Source: a virus (Duplodnaviria; Heunggongvirae; Uroviricota; Caudoviricetes). From it: a stretch of DNA of 64,000 nt. Positions 39,100-48,043 of the stretch are shown one piece after another. The stretch's first letter is position 1, and the number at the start of each line of letters is the position of its first letter. Location of the stretch: the IMG/VR virus record IMGVR_UViG_3300029743_000281. One strand, written 5' to 3'. A program made the translations under genes and the position numbers. The notes under the pieces are model-generated. The model saw only the letters and a list, made by a program, of their open reading frames with translations, searched no databases and was not told the origin of the DNA.

Positions 39100-39186
39100 C
39101 TTTTCTTGTGGTATAGTATAGCTATGAATTGCGGTGGTCGTCTTCGGACAACACCTTGAAAGAGCCTGATGCGTCGGGCTCTTTTT
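39100..39186 (+). ncRNA. Candidate short transcript (sRNA or micro-ORF MNCGGRLRTTP): promoter, ~60 nt, terminator
   Basis: TTGCAT-17-TATAGT at 39096-39124. Terminator AGAGCC-N9-GGCTCT then TTTTTCTTTTTG at ~39150-39186. Confidence 0.3.
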
Positions 39187-39197
39187 CTTTTTGTCTT

Positions 39198-39404
39198 TTA
39201 TTCTTTCTCCAGCTCCGGCAGACCGGCCAGGCTGGTGCCGAGAGATGCCACGCCAGCCACGATCGCTGCGCTGCCTACCGCCATCCAGTCCACCGTACCG
39301 CTGGGCATCTGGGTCACGACCAGAGCTGCACCGGTCTGGAACATGGTCTTTGCGGCGCGGATACTTGCTGCGCGCCACCAGTCTGCACTCATTAGATACT
39401 TCAT
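39198..39404 (-). CDS. Small membrane protein (holin-like?)
   Basis: RBS GGAGGATAAGAAT then ATG. Hydrophobic 'AALVVTQMPSG..WMAVGSAAIVAGVASLG'. Confidence 0.4.
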   Translation of the reverse strand: MKYLMSADWWRAASIRAAKTMFQTGAALVVTQMPSGTVDWMAVGSAAIVAGVASLGTSLAGLPELEKE

Positions 39405-39430
39405 ATTCTTATCCTCCATGATTTTGTATA

Positions 39431-41056
39431 TCAAAAAACGATCATGTCACGTTCATCGTAGATGCTGCCCTGCTGCTGTCCTTCATTTCGGATGCAGCGG
39501 TCCAGTGCCATGATCGCAGCGACGATACCGTCAATTTTCTCCGGCGACTTTGCCTTGGTAGGCTTAATATTGCCGGCCGGATCAGTGTCCACGACCACAT
39601 TGCCGGCCATCCATGCCATGATGGGGTTGCCGCCGTGAACGATACGTCCTTCCATCAGGAGCTTATAGAACTCCTTGGTGGGTGGACTCATATCCTTAAA
39701 CCCTTGTCCGAAAGGCACAACGGTAAAGCCCATCCCCTCTAGGTTCTGGGTCATCTGCACCGCTCCCCATCGGTCGAAGGCGATTTCCCTAATGTGGTAT
39801 GTGTTTCCAAGTTCCTCAATGATCTTCTCTATGAATCCGTAGTGGATGACATTTCCCTCGGTCGCCATCAGATACCCTTGCCGGTACCAGACATCGTATG
39901 GCACAGATGCCCTGCGCACCCGCTGCGGAATCGTATCCTCCGGAATCCAGAAGAACGGCATCATGATGTACTTTTCATCCGAGGTTCTGGGTGGGAACAT
40001 CAGCACAAAAGCCGTGATGTCACCGGTGCTGGACAAGTCCAGTCCACCGTAGCAGTCACGGCCTTTGAGAGCTTCCATATCGATTGGTTGGTTGCCGAGG
40101 TCATAGATGTGTTCCGGGATAAATCGGGTCAGTGAGGACACCCACATATTCAAACGGAGCTGCTTGAACACATTCTCCTCTGCGGGATTATCCAATGCCT
40201 CCTGAAACGCATCCCGGACACGCTGGATCTGGATGGTCTGTCCCAGTGAGGGATTGGCCTTGTACCAGTTGGCTTCATCATGCCAGTCATCTTCATCGGT
40301 CAATCCATAGACCACCGGATAGAATGTGTGGTCTATCTTGCGACCGGCAAGAAGATCAAGGGCTTTCATATGCAGCTCATAGCAGATGCTCTCCTTGTCC
40401 GTGCCGGCCGTGGTGATCAGGAAGAACAGCGGCTGTTCACGGGCATCACCGGAACCTTTGGTCAGGACATCGTAGAGCTTGCGATTGGGCTGGGCATGGA
40501 CTTCGTCCAGCACCAGACCGGACACGTTCAAGCCGTGCTTCGTGCCGACTTCCGCCGACAACACCTGATAGAACCCGGCGTTGCTGTAATTCACAATGCG
40601 TTTGGTTGCCGCCATAATCTTGCAGCGCTTCATGAGTGCCGGCGTCATCTGCACCATCTGGTTGGCAACGTCAAAGACGATGGATGCCTGCTGCCGGTCG
40701 GCGGCAGCGCCATAGACTTCTGCGGAGGGCTCGTTATCGGCAAACAGCAGATACAATGCCACCGCAGCGGCCAGCTCCGACTTGCCGTTCTTCTTTCCGA
40801 TTTCGACATAAGCTGTGCGGAACTGTCTGTTTCCGCGCTCATCCACAATACCGAAAACATCCCGGATGATCTGCTCCTGCCAAGGGAGCAGCCAGAACCG
40901 CTTGCCCGCCCACTTGCCTTTGGTGTGTCGGAGGTTTTCGATAAAGCGCACGGCGCGGTCGGCCTTGGCTTTATCGTAGTGACAGGTCGGCAGCATGAAG
41001 CGGCTGGGCTTGTAGTCTTTGAGTTTTGGGTAGTTCTTCGGTCTGCTCTCCATCAT
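39431..41056 (-). CDS. Terminase large subunit
   Basis: Terminase_1-like ATPase 'GKKNGKSELAAAVALYLL' plus a nuclease domain; 541 aa. Confidence 0.9.
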   Translation of the reverse strand: MMESRPKNYPKLKDYKPSRFMLPTCHYDKAKADRAVRFIENLRHTKGKWAGKRFWLLPWQEQIIRDVFGIVDERGNRQFRTAYVEIGKKNGKSELAAAVALYLLFADNEPSAEVYGAAADRQQASIVFDVANQMVQMTPALMKRCKIMAATKRIVNYSNAGFYQVLSAEVGTKHGLNVSGLVLDEVHAQPNRKLYDVLTKGSGDAREQPLFFLITTAGTDKESICYELHMKALDLLAGRKIDHTFYPVVYGLTDEDDWHDEANWYKANPSLGQTIQIQRVRDAFQEALDNPAEENVFKQLRLNMWVSSLTRFIPEHIYDLGNQPIDMEALKGRDCYGGLDLSSTGDITAFVLMFPPRTSDEKYIMMPFFWIPEDTIPQRVRRASVPYDVWYRQGYLMATEGNVIHYGFIEKIIEELGNTYHIREIAFDRWGAVQMTQNLEGMGFTVVPFGQGFKDMSPPTKEFYKLLMEGRIVHGGNPIMAWMAGNVVVDTDPAGNIKPTKAKSPEKIDGIVAAIMALDRCIRNEGQQQGSIYDERDMIVF

Positions 41057-41529
41057 CCGCCACCTCCCAGCAGGTTTTCCATCTCATCAGCAGCATCCGC
41101 AGGGCTGCAATCCGAGGCAATGATCCGGCTTCGGGAGGATGGGGTCAGACCGAACTGCTCGGCAAAGCGGTTCATGATTTTCAGATAGGTCTGTGCAATG
41201 GAGACCTGCGGCACCTGCTGCCAATAGCCGGAGGGCGTTTTGACGATGGTGCCGTGCTGGGTGATGAATTCTTCTGCTTCTTTCCATCGTGCGTATGCCT
41301 GACAATAGCCGGCGAAGGCAGCCATGTCCACTTCGGTCAGGATGCCGATGGCTTCCATCTGCTTGGCAAGACGCCGCCATTCTTTTTTTGCTTCCGGCTC
41401 CAGCCATTTCGGACACGCCGGTGCTTTCTTTGTGGGCTTCGGTTCGCTGGTATTCAGCGGATGCTTGCCCGGATTGCCTTCCAGTTCCTTCATGGCGGTC
41501 GGCTTCGGTTTTCTGCCTCTGGTAGCCAT
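41053..41529 (-). CDS. Terminase small subunit (P27 family)
   Basis: 'MATRGRKPKPTAMKELEGNPGKHPLN' typical P27-family N-terminus. Confidence 0.8.
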   Translation of the reverse strand: MATRGRKPKPTAMKELEGNPGKHPLNTSEPKPTKKAPACPKWLEPEAKKEWRRLAKQMEAIGILTEVDMAAFAGYCQAYARWKEAEEFITQHGTIVKTPSGYWQQVPQVSIAQTYLKIMNRFAEQFGLTPSSRSRIIASDCSPADAADEMENLLGGGG

Positions 41530-41554
41530 TGGCTATCCCTCCCTTCTGTAAAAA

Positions 41555-41605
41555 TGGGCAAAAGAAAAAGGACCTCCGAAGAAGTCCTTTGTATATCAAA
41601 CACGG
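41555..41605 (-). terminator. Intrinsic terminator separating the early small genes from the packaging operon
   Basis: Minus strand AGGACTTCTTCGGAGGTCC then TTTTTCTTTTGCCCATTTTT. Confidence 0.5.
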
Positions 41606-41650
41606 CGGATACGAGACACAGCCCCCTGCGGGGCGTGTGTCCTTTATTGG

Positions 41651-42028
41651 TTATGCGTTGGGGTTGGCTTCTTTCCAAGCCTCGTACTCATCGACCAGCT
41701 CTGCCTCCTCGATGACCTGCCAGACCGCGCAGAATCGGATGCGCTGGCGTTCTATGTCCTCGGCCGTCCAGCTCTCCGGCTTGTGGCTCATGTCGTGGTA
41801 GGCATCCATCTCGGCTCTCGTCCGCTGGAAAAGGATGTCCTTGAGCTGCAGGGTTTCGGCGTTGTTCCGCAGGGTGTACCGCTTGTCCTCGGCTGCCCGG
41901 CAAAGTTTGCCAAGGTCATCGCAGTTGATGCTCATGTCCTGCTTGAACATGAGCTCAATGCCGGTCAGCTCTCGCTCGGTGGCAGCCGCCTGAATGCTGG
42001 CAAGGTAGGTTTTGGCTTTCTTCATCAT
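41651..42028 (-). CDS. Hypothetical protein
   Basis: RBS GGAGGATACAGACC then ATG ATG. Confidence 0.5.
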   Translation of the reverse strand: MMKKAKTYLASIQAAATERELTGIELMFKQDMSINCDDLGKLCRAAEDKRYTLRNNAETLQLKDILFQRTRAEMDAYHDMSHKPESWTAEDIERQRIRFCAVWQVIEEAELVDEYEAWKEANPNA

Positions 42029-42034
42029 GGTCTG

Positions 42035-42231
42035 TATCCTCCGTATGCTTTGTTTTCCGTGGGGCTTCTCCCCTTCGGTGTGACTGTATATTACCGTCAC
42101 TGGGGAAGTATATCAAGCGGCTATGATACACGATCATTCGCCCACAGTCTTGTCGGATATGTGTATATCCTGCGCACGGAAGATCTGCCGCAACGAGCAA
42201 AAGCCCCCCGCAGGGAGCCCCCGCCCATATC
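42035..42231 (-). repeat. Repeated promoter-leader module, copy 1
   Basis: Coding strand TTGATA - 17 bp - TAATAT, conserved upstream GGGCGAATGATCGTGTATCATAGCCGC, leader hairpin GGGG..CCCC, RBS. Confidence 0.7.
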
Positions 42232-42516
42232 TCAGTGTGCGTTCCGGATGCACCATTCGATGGCGTGTCCGGCATCCGAGAAGACCTCATCCGAAATCTT
42301 CAGCAGTTCCAGTCGGCACTCGATCGATGAAAGCCCTTCCTTGGGGTCCTCAGCGAATCCGTAAACCGCAGCCTCCACGCCGCCCTTCCAGTTCGTTTTG
42401 GCAACCAGAACCCGGTCGCCAAACTGCAGGATGCTGTCGTTGCAGGGACTGAGCAGGTCGTAGTAGCTCTCAATGCTGATGCTGTGTTCCGGGAAGTTGT
42501 TCAGATGCTTCTTCAT
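42232..42516 (-). CDS. Hypothetical protein
   Basis: 94-aa ORF, RBS present. Confidence 0.5.
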   Translation of the reverse strand: MKKHLNNFPEHSISIESYYDLLSPCNDSILQFGDRVLVAKTNWKGGVEAAVYGFAEDPKEGLSSIECRLELLKISDEVFSDAGHAIEWCIRNAH

Positions 42517-42649
42517 GGTGAAATCCTCCGTGTTTTTTCATTCCGTAGGGTCTTCCCCTTTCGGTATGCACATATTACCGTCATGTGGGGAGGATAGCAA
42601 GCGGCTATGCTGCACGATCATCCGCCCGGAATACCGGGCAGAATGTACA
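42517..42649 (-). repeat. Repeated promoter-leader module, copy 2
   Basis: TTGCTA-17-TAATAT; same conserved core. Confidence 0.7.
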
Positions 42650-42868
42650 TCACTCTCCGTCCTCGGCATCCTGTTCAATGAATTCCCGGATTACTTCATA
42701 AAAGAGCTGGGGGTCGTATTCCAGCGGCTCACGACCTTGGGAAAAATCAATTTCAATCTGGTCCTTGACCATCTCCTTGGCAGCTTCCAGCGTGAAGCCA
42801 GCCTTATCCTCGTCATTCATATTGTTGTAGATGTCCACGATAAGGTCCATGACTCTTTCGTCGTTCAT
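42650..42868 (-). CDS. Hypothetical acidic protein
   Basis: RBS GGAGGAATGAGT then ATG (MNDERV). Confidence 0.5.
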   Translation of the reverse strand: MNDERVMDLIVDIYNNMNDEDKAGFTLEAAKEMVKDQIEIDFSQGREPLEYDPQLFYEVIREFIEQDAEDGE

Positions 42869-42987
42869 ACTCATTCCTCCGTTGCCCCACCACCTCGCCA
42901 CACAGCCCCTGTGTGGGGCTTGTGCGGTTTGGTTGGGGGAGTTTGTTGGCTTGCATCTGCGCCCCCTTTGTGGGGGCTGTGTCGGGC

Positions 42988-43182
42988 TTACTTCTCCGCC
43001 TTGCCCAGAAGGTAGGCTTCCTCCATGGCTTTCTGGATGCCCCAGACGGGAACCTCGATGAAATCCTCGCTGTCGCAGCCGCGCGCTTCAAGGTCGCCTC
43101 GGTTTTCCACCTCCACCATCAGGCGCTTTGCGATGTCCAGCAGGGCTTTCTGCTGCTTCCTGGTCAGGGTCTGCTTTTTCAT
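42988..43182 (-). CDS. Hypothetical protein
   Basis: 64-aa ORF directly downstream of repeat copy 3. Confidence 0.45.
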   Translation of the reverse strand: MKKQTLTRKQQKALLDIAKRLMVEVENRGDLEARGCDSEDFIEVPVWGIQKAMEEAYLLGKAEK

Positions 43183-43350
43183 GTCTATGTACCTCGCTTT
43201 CGTTTTTGTGACTGTATATTACCGTCACGTCCCGCAGATAGCAAGGCCGCAGATTACACGATCATTCACGCCAGGATCGGTGTATATTTGAGAGCCCTAG
43301 CACAGGAAAAGGGGCCGCCCTTTCAGGCAAGCCCCCCCGCAGTTTTCTGC
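43183..43350 (-). repeat. Repeated promoter-leader module, copy 3
   Basis: Same conserved core (ttaccgtcac ... gatagcaaggc ... acacgatcattc). Confidence 0.7.
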
Positions 43351-43800
43351 TCAGTAGTCTTCTTCCTCATCGTAGTCGTCTTCGCAGTCGTCGTAGTCCT
43401 CTTCCTCATCGCAGCTGTCGTCCCAGTCTTCCGCCATATCGCGGTAATCCCACATATCCTTGGTGGGCTGGCTGCGAAGGTCGGGGTTCTGCTTGATGTA
43501 GTCGGCAACCGCACCCTCAAGGGTATCCAGAACCTTTTCGTAGGCATCCTCGCTGAAGATCTCCCAAAGGGCTACGGTCAGGCTGCTGATTTCTGCGTTG
43601 CCCTTGGCGATCAGGAACCGGGCCGCGGGGTTGCAGGTTTCTTTGCCGTAGCCCTGGTTGACCATGTCGCCGTCGTTGAAGAATCGGTACCCGATCCGTG
43701 CGGTGGCTCTGACCAGTTCTCCGGCGAGGCTATCCGCCTTGCCGCTCGTGGGAACCAGTTCCTCGAAAAGCTTATTGATGCGGTTTTCATTCTTCGTCAT
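43351..43800 (-). CDS. Hypothetical protein with an extremely acidic C-terminal tail
   Basis: RBS GGAGGATACAAAA then ATG; C-terminus DSCDEEEDYDDCEDDYDEEEDY. Confidence 0.5.
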   Translation of the reverse strand: MTKNENRINKLFEELVPTSGKADSLAGELVRATARIGYRFFNDGDMVNQGYGKETCNPAARFLIAKGNAEISSLTVALWEIFSEDAYEKVLDTLEGAVADYIKQNPDLRSQPTKDMWDYRDMAEDWDDSCDEEEDYDDCEDDYDEEEDY

Positions 43801-43970
43801 TTTTGTATCCTCCAGCGTGTTTTTTGTGTTTTCCGTGGGGTTTTCCCTTTCGGTATGCACATATTACCGTCACTTTCGCACACTATCAAGCGGCTATGAT
43901 ACACGATCATTCGCCCCTAGATTTGTGTACATTCGGGCGGTATGACATTGGATGGACACGAGCAAAGGGC
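43801..43970 (-). repeat. Repeated promoter-leader module, copy 4
   Basis: Same conserved core. Confidence 0.7.
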
Positions 43971-44004
43971 CGGTTTCCCAGCCCCTTGCCCCTATCCATC
44001 CGGT

Positions 44005-44265
44005 TTATTTGCGGATTTCGAGGTAGCTTATATTGCCCCAGCAATCGGTGGTCTTGAACCGCACCTTCTGTTCGGTTTCCCGGTCGAGGGCTACCTTCCT
44101 CAGAAGTTTCATCTTCTGGATGCGCCGCAGAAGGTCTGCTGCGTTCTTGGCATCTTCAATGGCGTCTTGGATCTCGACCACCGAGCAGTCGGTACCGTAC
44201 CAAAGGTTGCTGAGTGCCTCCGGAATGCCGTTGGCAGTGAAAAGTCGGATGTTCGTATAGGTCAT
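44005..44265 (-). CDS. Hypothetical protein
   Basis: RBS AAGGAGATAAACACC then ATG. Confidence 0.5.
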   Translation of the reverse strand: MTYTNIRLFTANGIPEALSNLWYGTDCSVVEIQDAIEDAKNAADLLRRIQKMKLLRKVALDRETEQKVRFKTTDCWGNISYLEIRK

Positions 44266-44371
44266 GGTGTTTATCTCCCTTCGTTTTTGTGACTGTATAT
44301 TACCGTCACTCAGGGCTGATAGCAAGCGGCTAATGTACACGATCATCTGGCTCTTCACTCCGGAAAATGTG
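44266..44371 (-). repeat. Repeated promoter-leader module, copy 5 (shorter)
   Basis: Same conserved core. Confidence 0.65.
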
Positions 44372-44926
44372 TCACTTTATGCCGCCGTGGTATTCCTCGA
44401 TATACTGCCTTCCGTCCGGTTCGGTGACCACCGCAGGGTAGCGCACACGGCTGCCGTGCCGGGTCAGGAGCTCGGCGGCAAGGTCTGCCAGTTCTCCGAG
44501 AATCTCCATGTTCCACTCGAGGCGGTCATCCTCCGCCATGACCTTGCAGAATTCATACGCAGCGTTGTAGATCTCATCGTTGCGGGCACTCTGGGCATCC
44601 GAAAGTTCCAGTTCCTCCTCCGTCTCCGGCACCGTAGGCTTCGGGCACTCCGCCCAGCGCCCTTCGTAGGTCTCGCCGGCCTCACAGCCGTCGGCGTCGT
44701 ATTCGTTGACCCGAACCCACCGGTTCGACTGGAACACTCGCTCGGTGATGCCATTCTTCCGGATGCTGAGCATCACCTTCTCTCCATTTTCATTGACACC
44801 CCACAGGGCGTCCGGGTAATCCCCGAACTCCTGAATCATCTGACGGCGAGTGGCAAGGTCGCCAAAATTGGCGGCCAATACATTGAGCCGGATCGTGTCC
44901 AGCTTCTTGTCCAGTTCCATTTTCAT
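44372..44926 (-). CDS. Hypothetical protein
   Basis: 185-aa ORF with RBS. Confidence 0.5.
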   Translation of the reverse strand: MKMELDKKLDTIRLNVLAANFGDLATRRQMIQEFGDYPDALWGVNENGEKVMLSIRKNGITERVFQSNRWVRVNEYDADGCEAGETYEGRWAECPKPTVPETEEELELSDAQSARNDEIYNAAYEFCKVMAEDDRLEWNMEILGELADLAAELLTRHGSRVRYPAVVTEPDGRQYIEEYHGGIK

Positions 44927-44943
44927 ATTCGTTCTCCCCTTTC

Positions 44944-45150
44944 TCAAAAATCCAAGGTCTCCAGAACCTCGTCCGTGCCGGTCTCCCAGTCGTGGCGGGT
45001 CAAGCGGATGCGGCTGTACAGCTCGGTGCTGTCCGGCTCATCGAAAAGCCGGAAGCATTCCCTGGCAAACCCCTCGTCGGTGTACTGCTGGGTCTCGTCG
45101 GGCTGGCCGTCCAGCCGGGTGAAGGTGATCTCGTAGGTGTAGCGTTCCAT
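44944..45150 (-). CDS. Hypothetical small protein
   Basis: RBS GGAAAGGAAGGAAAAAC then ATG. Confidence 0.45.
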   Translation of the reverse strand: MERYTYEITFTRLDGQPDETQQYTDEGFARECFRLFDEPDSTELYSRIRLTRHDWETGTDEVLETLDF

Positions 45151-45355
45151 GTTTTTCCTTCCTTTCCGTTTCGGTATGTGCATATTACCGTCGTTTCGGC
45201 ATAATAGCAAGGCCATAAAACGTCATATTATCGACGATCATCAGCCCATATCTTTGGTGGATCTATGTCGATAAATGGCCTTGATAAATATGTGTTTTAG
45301 AGCGAATATACAGACACCGAAAGGAAAACACACACAGAAAACGGAGGCAAACACC
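45151..45355. repeat. Repeated promoter module, copy 6, arranged as a divergent pair
   Basis: The minus-strand copy serves 44944..45150. A plus-strand TTGATA-17-GAATAT plus a similar leader serves 45356..45604. Confidence 0.6.
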
Positions 45356-45604
45356 ATGAAAAAGACCATCAGCGAGATCGAAAGCATCATCGAGGACCAC
45401 ATTGCAGAGCTTGAAGAAGAATACGAGCTGGACATTTTCGACCGCAACGACATCCGGGAAGAAGAATACCGCAAGGGCGGTTGGAAGCACGACCCCTTCC
45501 CCGAAGAGCTGGAGGAGGAAGAGGACGAGGAAGAAGAATGGCATTACATGAGCCTTGAGCAGCAGCTCTACGAAGTCGGCATGAGCATGCGGGATTTCCT
45601 TTAA
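45356..45604 (+). CDS. Small acidic protein (plus strand)
   Basis: RBS GGAGGCAAACACC then ATG; EEEEDEEEE stretch; terminator hairpin CCCCAGC-AAG-GCTGGGG at ~45623-45640. Confidence 0.5.
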   Translation: MKKTISEIESIIEDHIAELEEEYELDIFDRNDIREEEYRKGGWKHDPFPEELEEEEDEEEEWHYMSLEQQLYEVGMSMRDFL

Positions 45605-45714
45605 GAGAATCCGCCAAGGAACCCCCAGCAAGGCTGGGGCTGTTCCCCGTTGTCCCCGTTTTCCGTTGACCATATACACAGTTCTGCCGCCTAAAGATCG
45701 TGGAAGATCCTGCT

Positions 45715-45840
45715 CTTTCCCGGCTTGCTATTCTTGCAAACCAGAGCTAATATACAGTAAACTGGGAAAGGATTCTCGATGATCCGAGGCCCCCCACCAG
45801 CCCACAAGCCAGCCCCTCCTGCCTAGGCAGAAGGGGCCGT
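45715..45840 (+). ncRNA. Candidate short plus-strand transcript (sRNA or micro-ORF MIRGPPPAHKPAPPA)
   Basis: TTGCTA-17-TAATAT at 45715-45750. Terminator: near-palindrome CCCCTCCTGCCTAGGCAGAAGGGG then CCGTTTTCTTTATT. Confidence 0.3.
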
Positions 45841-45845
45841 TTTCT

Positions 45846-46217
45846 TTATTCGGGCTGTGTGCCGTCGCTTGTTTGGATGGCCGCAAGTCCCGATGCGGTG
45901 CGAACGAAAAGCTCCGGATTCCAGAACCGTTTTCTGAACCTGTCCATGAGTTCCTGCGGCAAGTCCGTGAAGTCTTCCTTGCCCAACCCGCAGAGGAAGA
46001 AGCGGCCGCGGATCGGCTGTCTCAGTTCCCGGATATACCGGCTGAACAGCTTGTCCGTAAACAGTCCGTTGTCATCCGTGACCAGGGCGACCGGTTCCGG
46101 CCACGGGTAGGTTGCCGTGATGCAGTCGCAGTCCAGCACCTTATAGTACTCTTCCAGCGTGGGCTGGATATCGATCTCCTTCGGATGTTCCATCGGCTCG
46201 ATCAAAAGCACCTTCAT
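45846..46217 (-). CDS. Hypothetical protein
   Basis: Start MKVLLIEPMEHPKE overlaps the upstream stop. Confidence 0.5.
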   Translation of the reverse strand: MKVLLIEPMEHPKEIDIQPTLEEYYKVLDCDCITATYPWPEPVALVTDDNGLFTDKLFSRYIRELRQPIRGRFFLCGLGKEDFTDLPQELMDRFRKRFWNPELFVRTASGLAAIQTSDGTQPE

Positions 46218-46672
46218 TCGACCCACCCCGCTTTCACGATTGCCCAGTCGGTCAGCGATGTCTTTTCCCCAAGAAAGTCTTCCATCGCTTCGACCGTACC
46301 GCAAGTGTTGCACACCATGATCTCTGCGTAGCGGCTGATGGCTTGCTGTTGGTGGTCGTAACAGTCCGGCTCAGCGCCGCACCGTGGGCAACGTGGGCCC
46401 GTCTGTCGCGTCTTACCGAGGTGGTCGAGCGATTCCTTTACCTCGGCCTCGGACGCCACACGGTGGCAACTGTCCGCGCCGTAAGCAACGTTCAGGCTGC
46501 CGCCTGTATCCCAGGAAACCATCACATTGCCGGCATCGTCCACACCACGGCAGGTTCCCTGCGTGCCCAAGGCCGGTGCCTGGGCATCTTCCATTCGGTC
46601 CAGCACCACACGGCAGCCGACCGGGAACTGTGTCCGCAGAGTTTCTACGGTCTTTCTATCCGGAAATCTCAT
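46214..46672 (-). CDS. Hypothetical protein with C-terminal Cys4 zinc ribbon
   Basis: RBS AAGGAGGTGCAGGG then ATG; 'CPRCG...CNTCG'. Confidence 0.5.
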   Translation of the reverse strand: MRFPDRKTVETLRTQFPVGCRVVLDRMEDAQAPALGTQGTCRGVDDAGNVMVSWDTGGSLNVAYGADSCHRVASEAEVKESLDHLGKTRQTGPRCPRCGAEPDCYDHQQQAISRYAEIMVCNTCGTVEAMEDFLGEKTSLTDWAIVKAGWVE

Positions 46673-47151
46673 CCCTGCACCTCCTTGATCATCTTCTCCG
46701 CGAGTTTCTTGTTGTTGGTACACTTCTTCAGTGCGCCCTCCAAGATGTGCATCGGGAAATGAAATGCTTTATAGCCATCGTGAAGGACTCGATAGTAGTA
46801 CAGACTCGGCATTTTCTGCCCATAGTCGTGTTCCATGATGTAGACCATGGCGATGACGGTCATGGGCTCCGCATCCTTGCTCACCACCTCGACCGTCATA
46901 TTTTCCTTGCGGTAGTAGTGCGGGAAGCCCTCATAGATGTCGAGGTTCTTCTCATCGCCAGCGGAGATTTCCCACACCAGGACCGGTGTGTTCTTTCCCT
47001 TGTTCGGCAGGATGGTCGCGCAGCCGTGGAAGGCCAGCTCCCAGTCTTCCAGAACAGCCTGGCCCACAATGCGGGCATCCGGGCACCGCTGTGCCATCTG
47101 CTCCACCGACAAGTTGCTGCCGTATGCGATGTAATACTTCTTTTCGTTCAT
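46669..47151 (-). CDS. Gamma-glutamyl cyclotransferase-like (GGCT/AIG2 family) protein 1
   Basis: 'YYIAYGSNLSVEQM' signature N-terminus; 160 aa. Confidence 0.75.
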   Translation of the reverse strand: MNEKKYYIAYGSNLSVEQMAQRCPDARIVGQAVLEDWELAFHGCATILPNKGKNTPVLVWEISAGDEKNLDIYEGFPHYYRKENMTVEVVSKDAEPMTVIAMVYIMEHDYGQKMPSLYYYRVLHDGYKAFHFPMHILEGALKKCTNNKKLAEKMIKEVQG

Positions 47152-47283
47152 AGTCGCTTGCTTCTTTCGTTTCCGCTGTTGTCTGGCGGTATGCTATATA
47201 TGCCTCTGTTTTGCCCGAATAGCAAGGCCAATGTGCATCATATCCTGCACAATGATTTCCTCACAGGATCGGCAAAATTGTAC
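47152..47283 (-). repeat. Repeated promoter-leader module, copy 7
   Basis: Same conserved core. Confidence 0.65.
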
Positions 47284-47820
47284 TCAGTCGATTTCTTTGA
47301 GGAACTCCACCGCTGCCGCCTTTCCGATGCTGGAAGACAGCCCGCTGTGCAATGTATCTGTCGGGAATCCCCACTCCGTATACCCGTCTGCCAACAAGTC
47401 GAAGTACTCATGGCTGGGGCAGCCGAGCTGCCTTTCTTCGTGCAAGATGTATGCCATACAGGTTTTCAGCTTCTTCATCCGATGCCCATCCAGATTCCAG
47501 ACGGGAAGCTGGAACTGCTTCTTGTAATAGTACCGAGGGCAGCCCTCATACCGATCCAGCAGCAGTTCATCAAACTCGGAAAGCAGCCATACCACAGCTG
47601 GGACGCTTTCATTGGCATCCTGCTCGATGGTGGCGTAGCACCCGGTCTTACTTTTCTTGAACAGGAGTCGGTATCCGTAGATCTCGGTAACACCGACCGG
47701 CACCGCATAGGGGCATCTGTGCCCCATCCGTTCCATGTCAAGGTTGCTGCCGTAGGCAAGATAGTACCGAGACGGCTTTCTGCTGATCCCGCCCTTGTCG
47801 AACCGGAAGTGATCAATCAC
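47284..47820 (-). CDS. Gamma-glutamyl cyclotransferase-like (GGCT/AIG2 family) protein 2 (GTG start)
   Basis: 'YYLAYGSNLDMERM'. Proposed GTG start overlaps the upstream stop (GGTGATTGA). The longer ATG ORF would overlap gene 47813..48043. Confidence 0.65.
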   Translation of the reverse strand: MIDHFRFDKGGISRKPSRYYLAYGSNLDMERMGHRCPYAVPVGVTEIYGYRLLFKKSKTGCYATIEQDANESVPAVVWLLSEFDELLLDRYEGCPRYYYKKQFQLPVWNLDGHRMKKLKTCMAYILHEERQLGCPSHEYFDLLADGYTEWGFPTDTLHSGLSSSIGKAAAVEFLKEID

Positions 47821-48043
47821 CGACCTCACCGCCTTCCGCTGCGGAAAAGTCCACGCCGTCAAAGTCCTCAGCTTCCAGAACGATCTGTCCGTTGTGCCAC
47901 CAGTCGCTGACCGCCTGGACGGCCTCATCCATCGTGGGTTCCTTGATCTCAGATTCGTTGACCTCGACCACCCGTTTGAGGGTCTCGGTGATGACCACCC
48001 GGAACGTTCTGCCGGGTGCGGTTTCTCTGGTTTCATTTTTCAT
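47813..48043 (-). CDS. Small acidic protein (76 aa)
   Basis: RBS AGAAGGAGGGCGATACGCC then ATG. Confidence 0.55.
   Translation of the reverse strand: MKNETRETAPGRTFRVVITETLKRVVEVNESEIKEPTMDEAVQAVSDWWHNGQIVLEAEDFDGVDFSAAEGGEVGD

Noticed and set aside
47284-48036. Full-length 250-aa version of the GGCT-like gene
   Set aside because: Its first 70 codons overlap gene 47813..48043 in another frame and are Arg/Ser/Pro-rich. A GTG start at ~47820 overlapping the upstream stop (GGTGATTGA) matches the start of the paralog (MNEKKYYIAYGSNL vs ..SRYYLAYGSNL).
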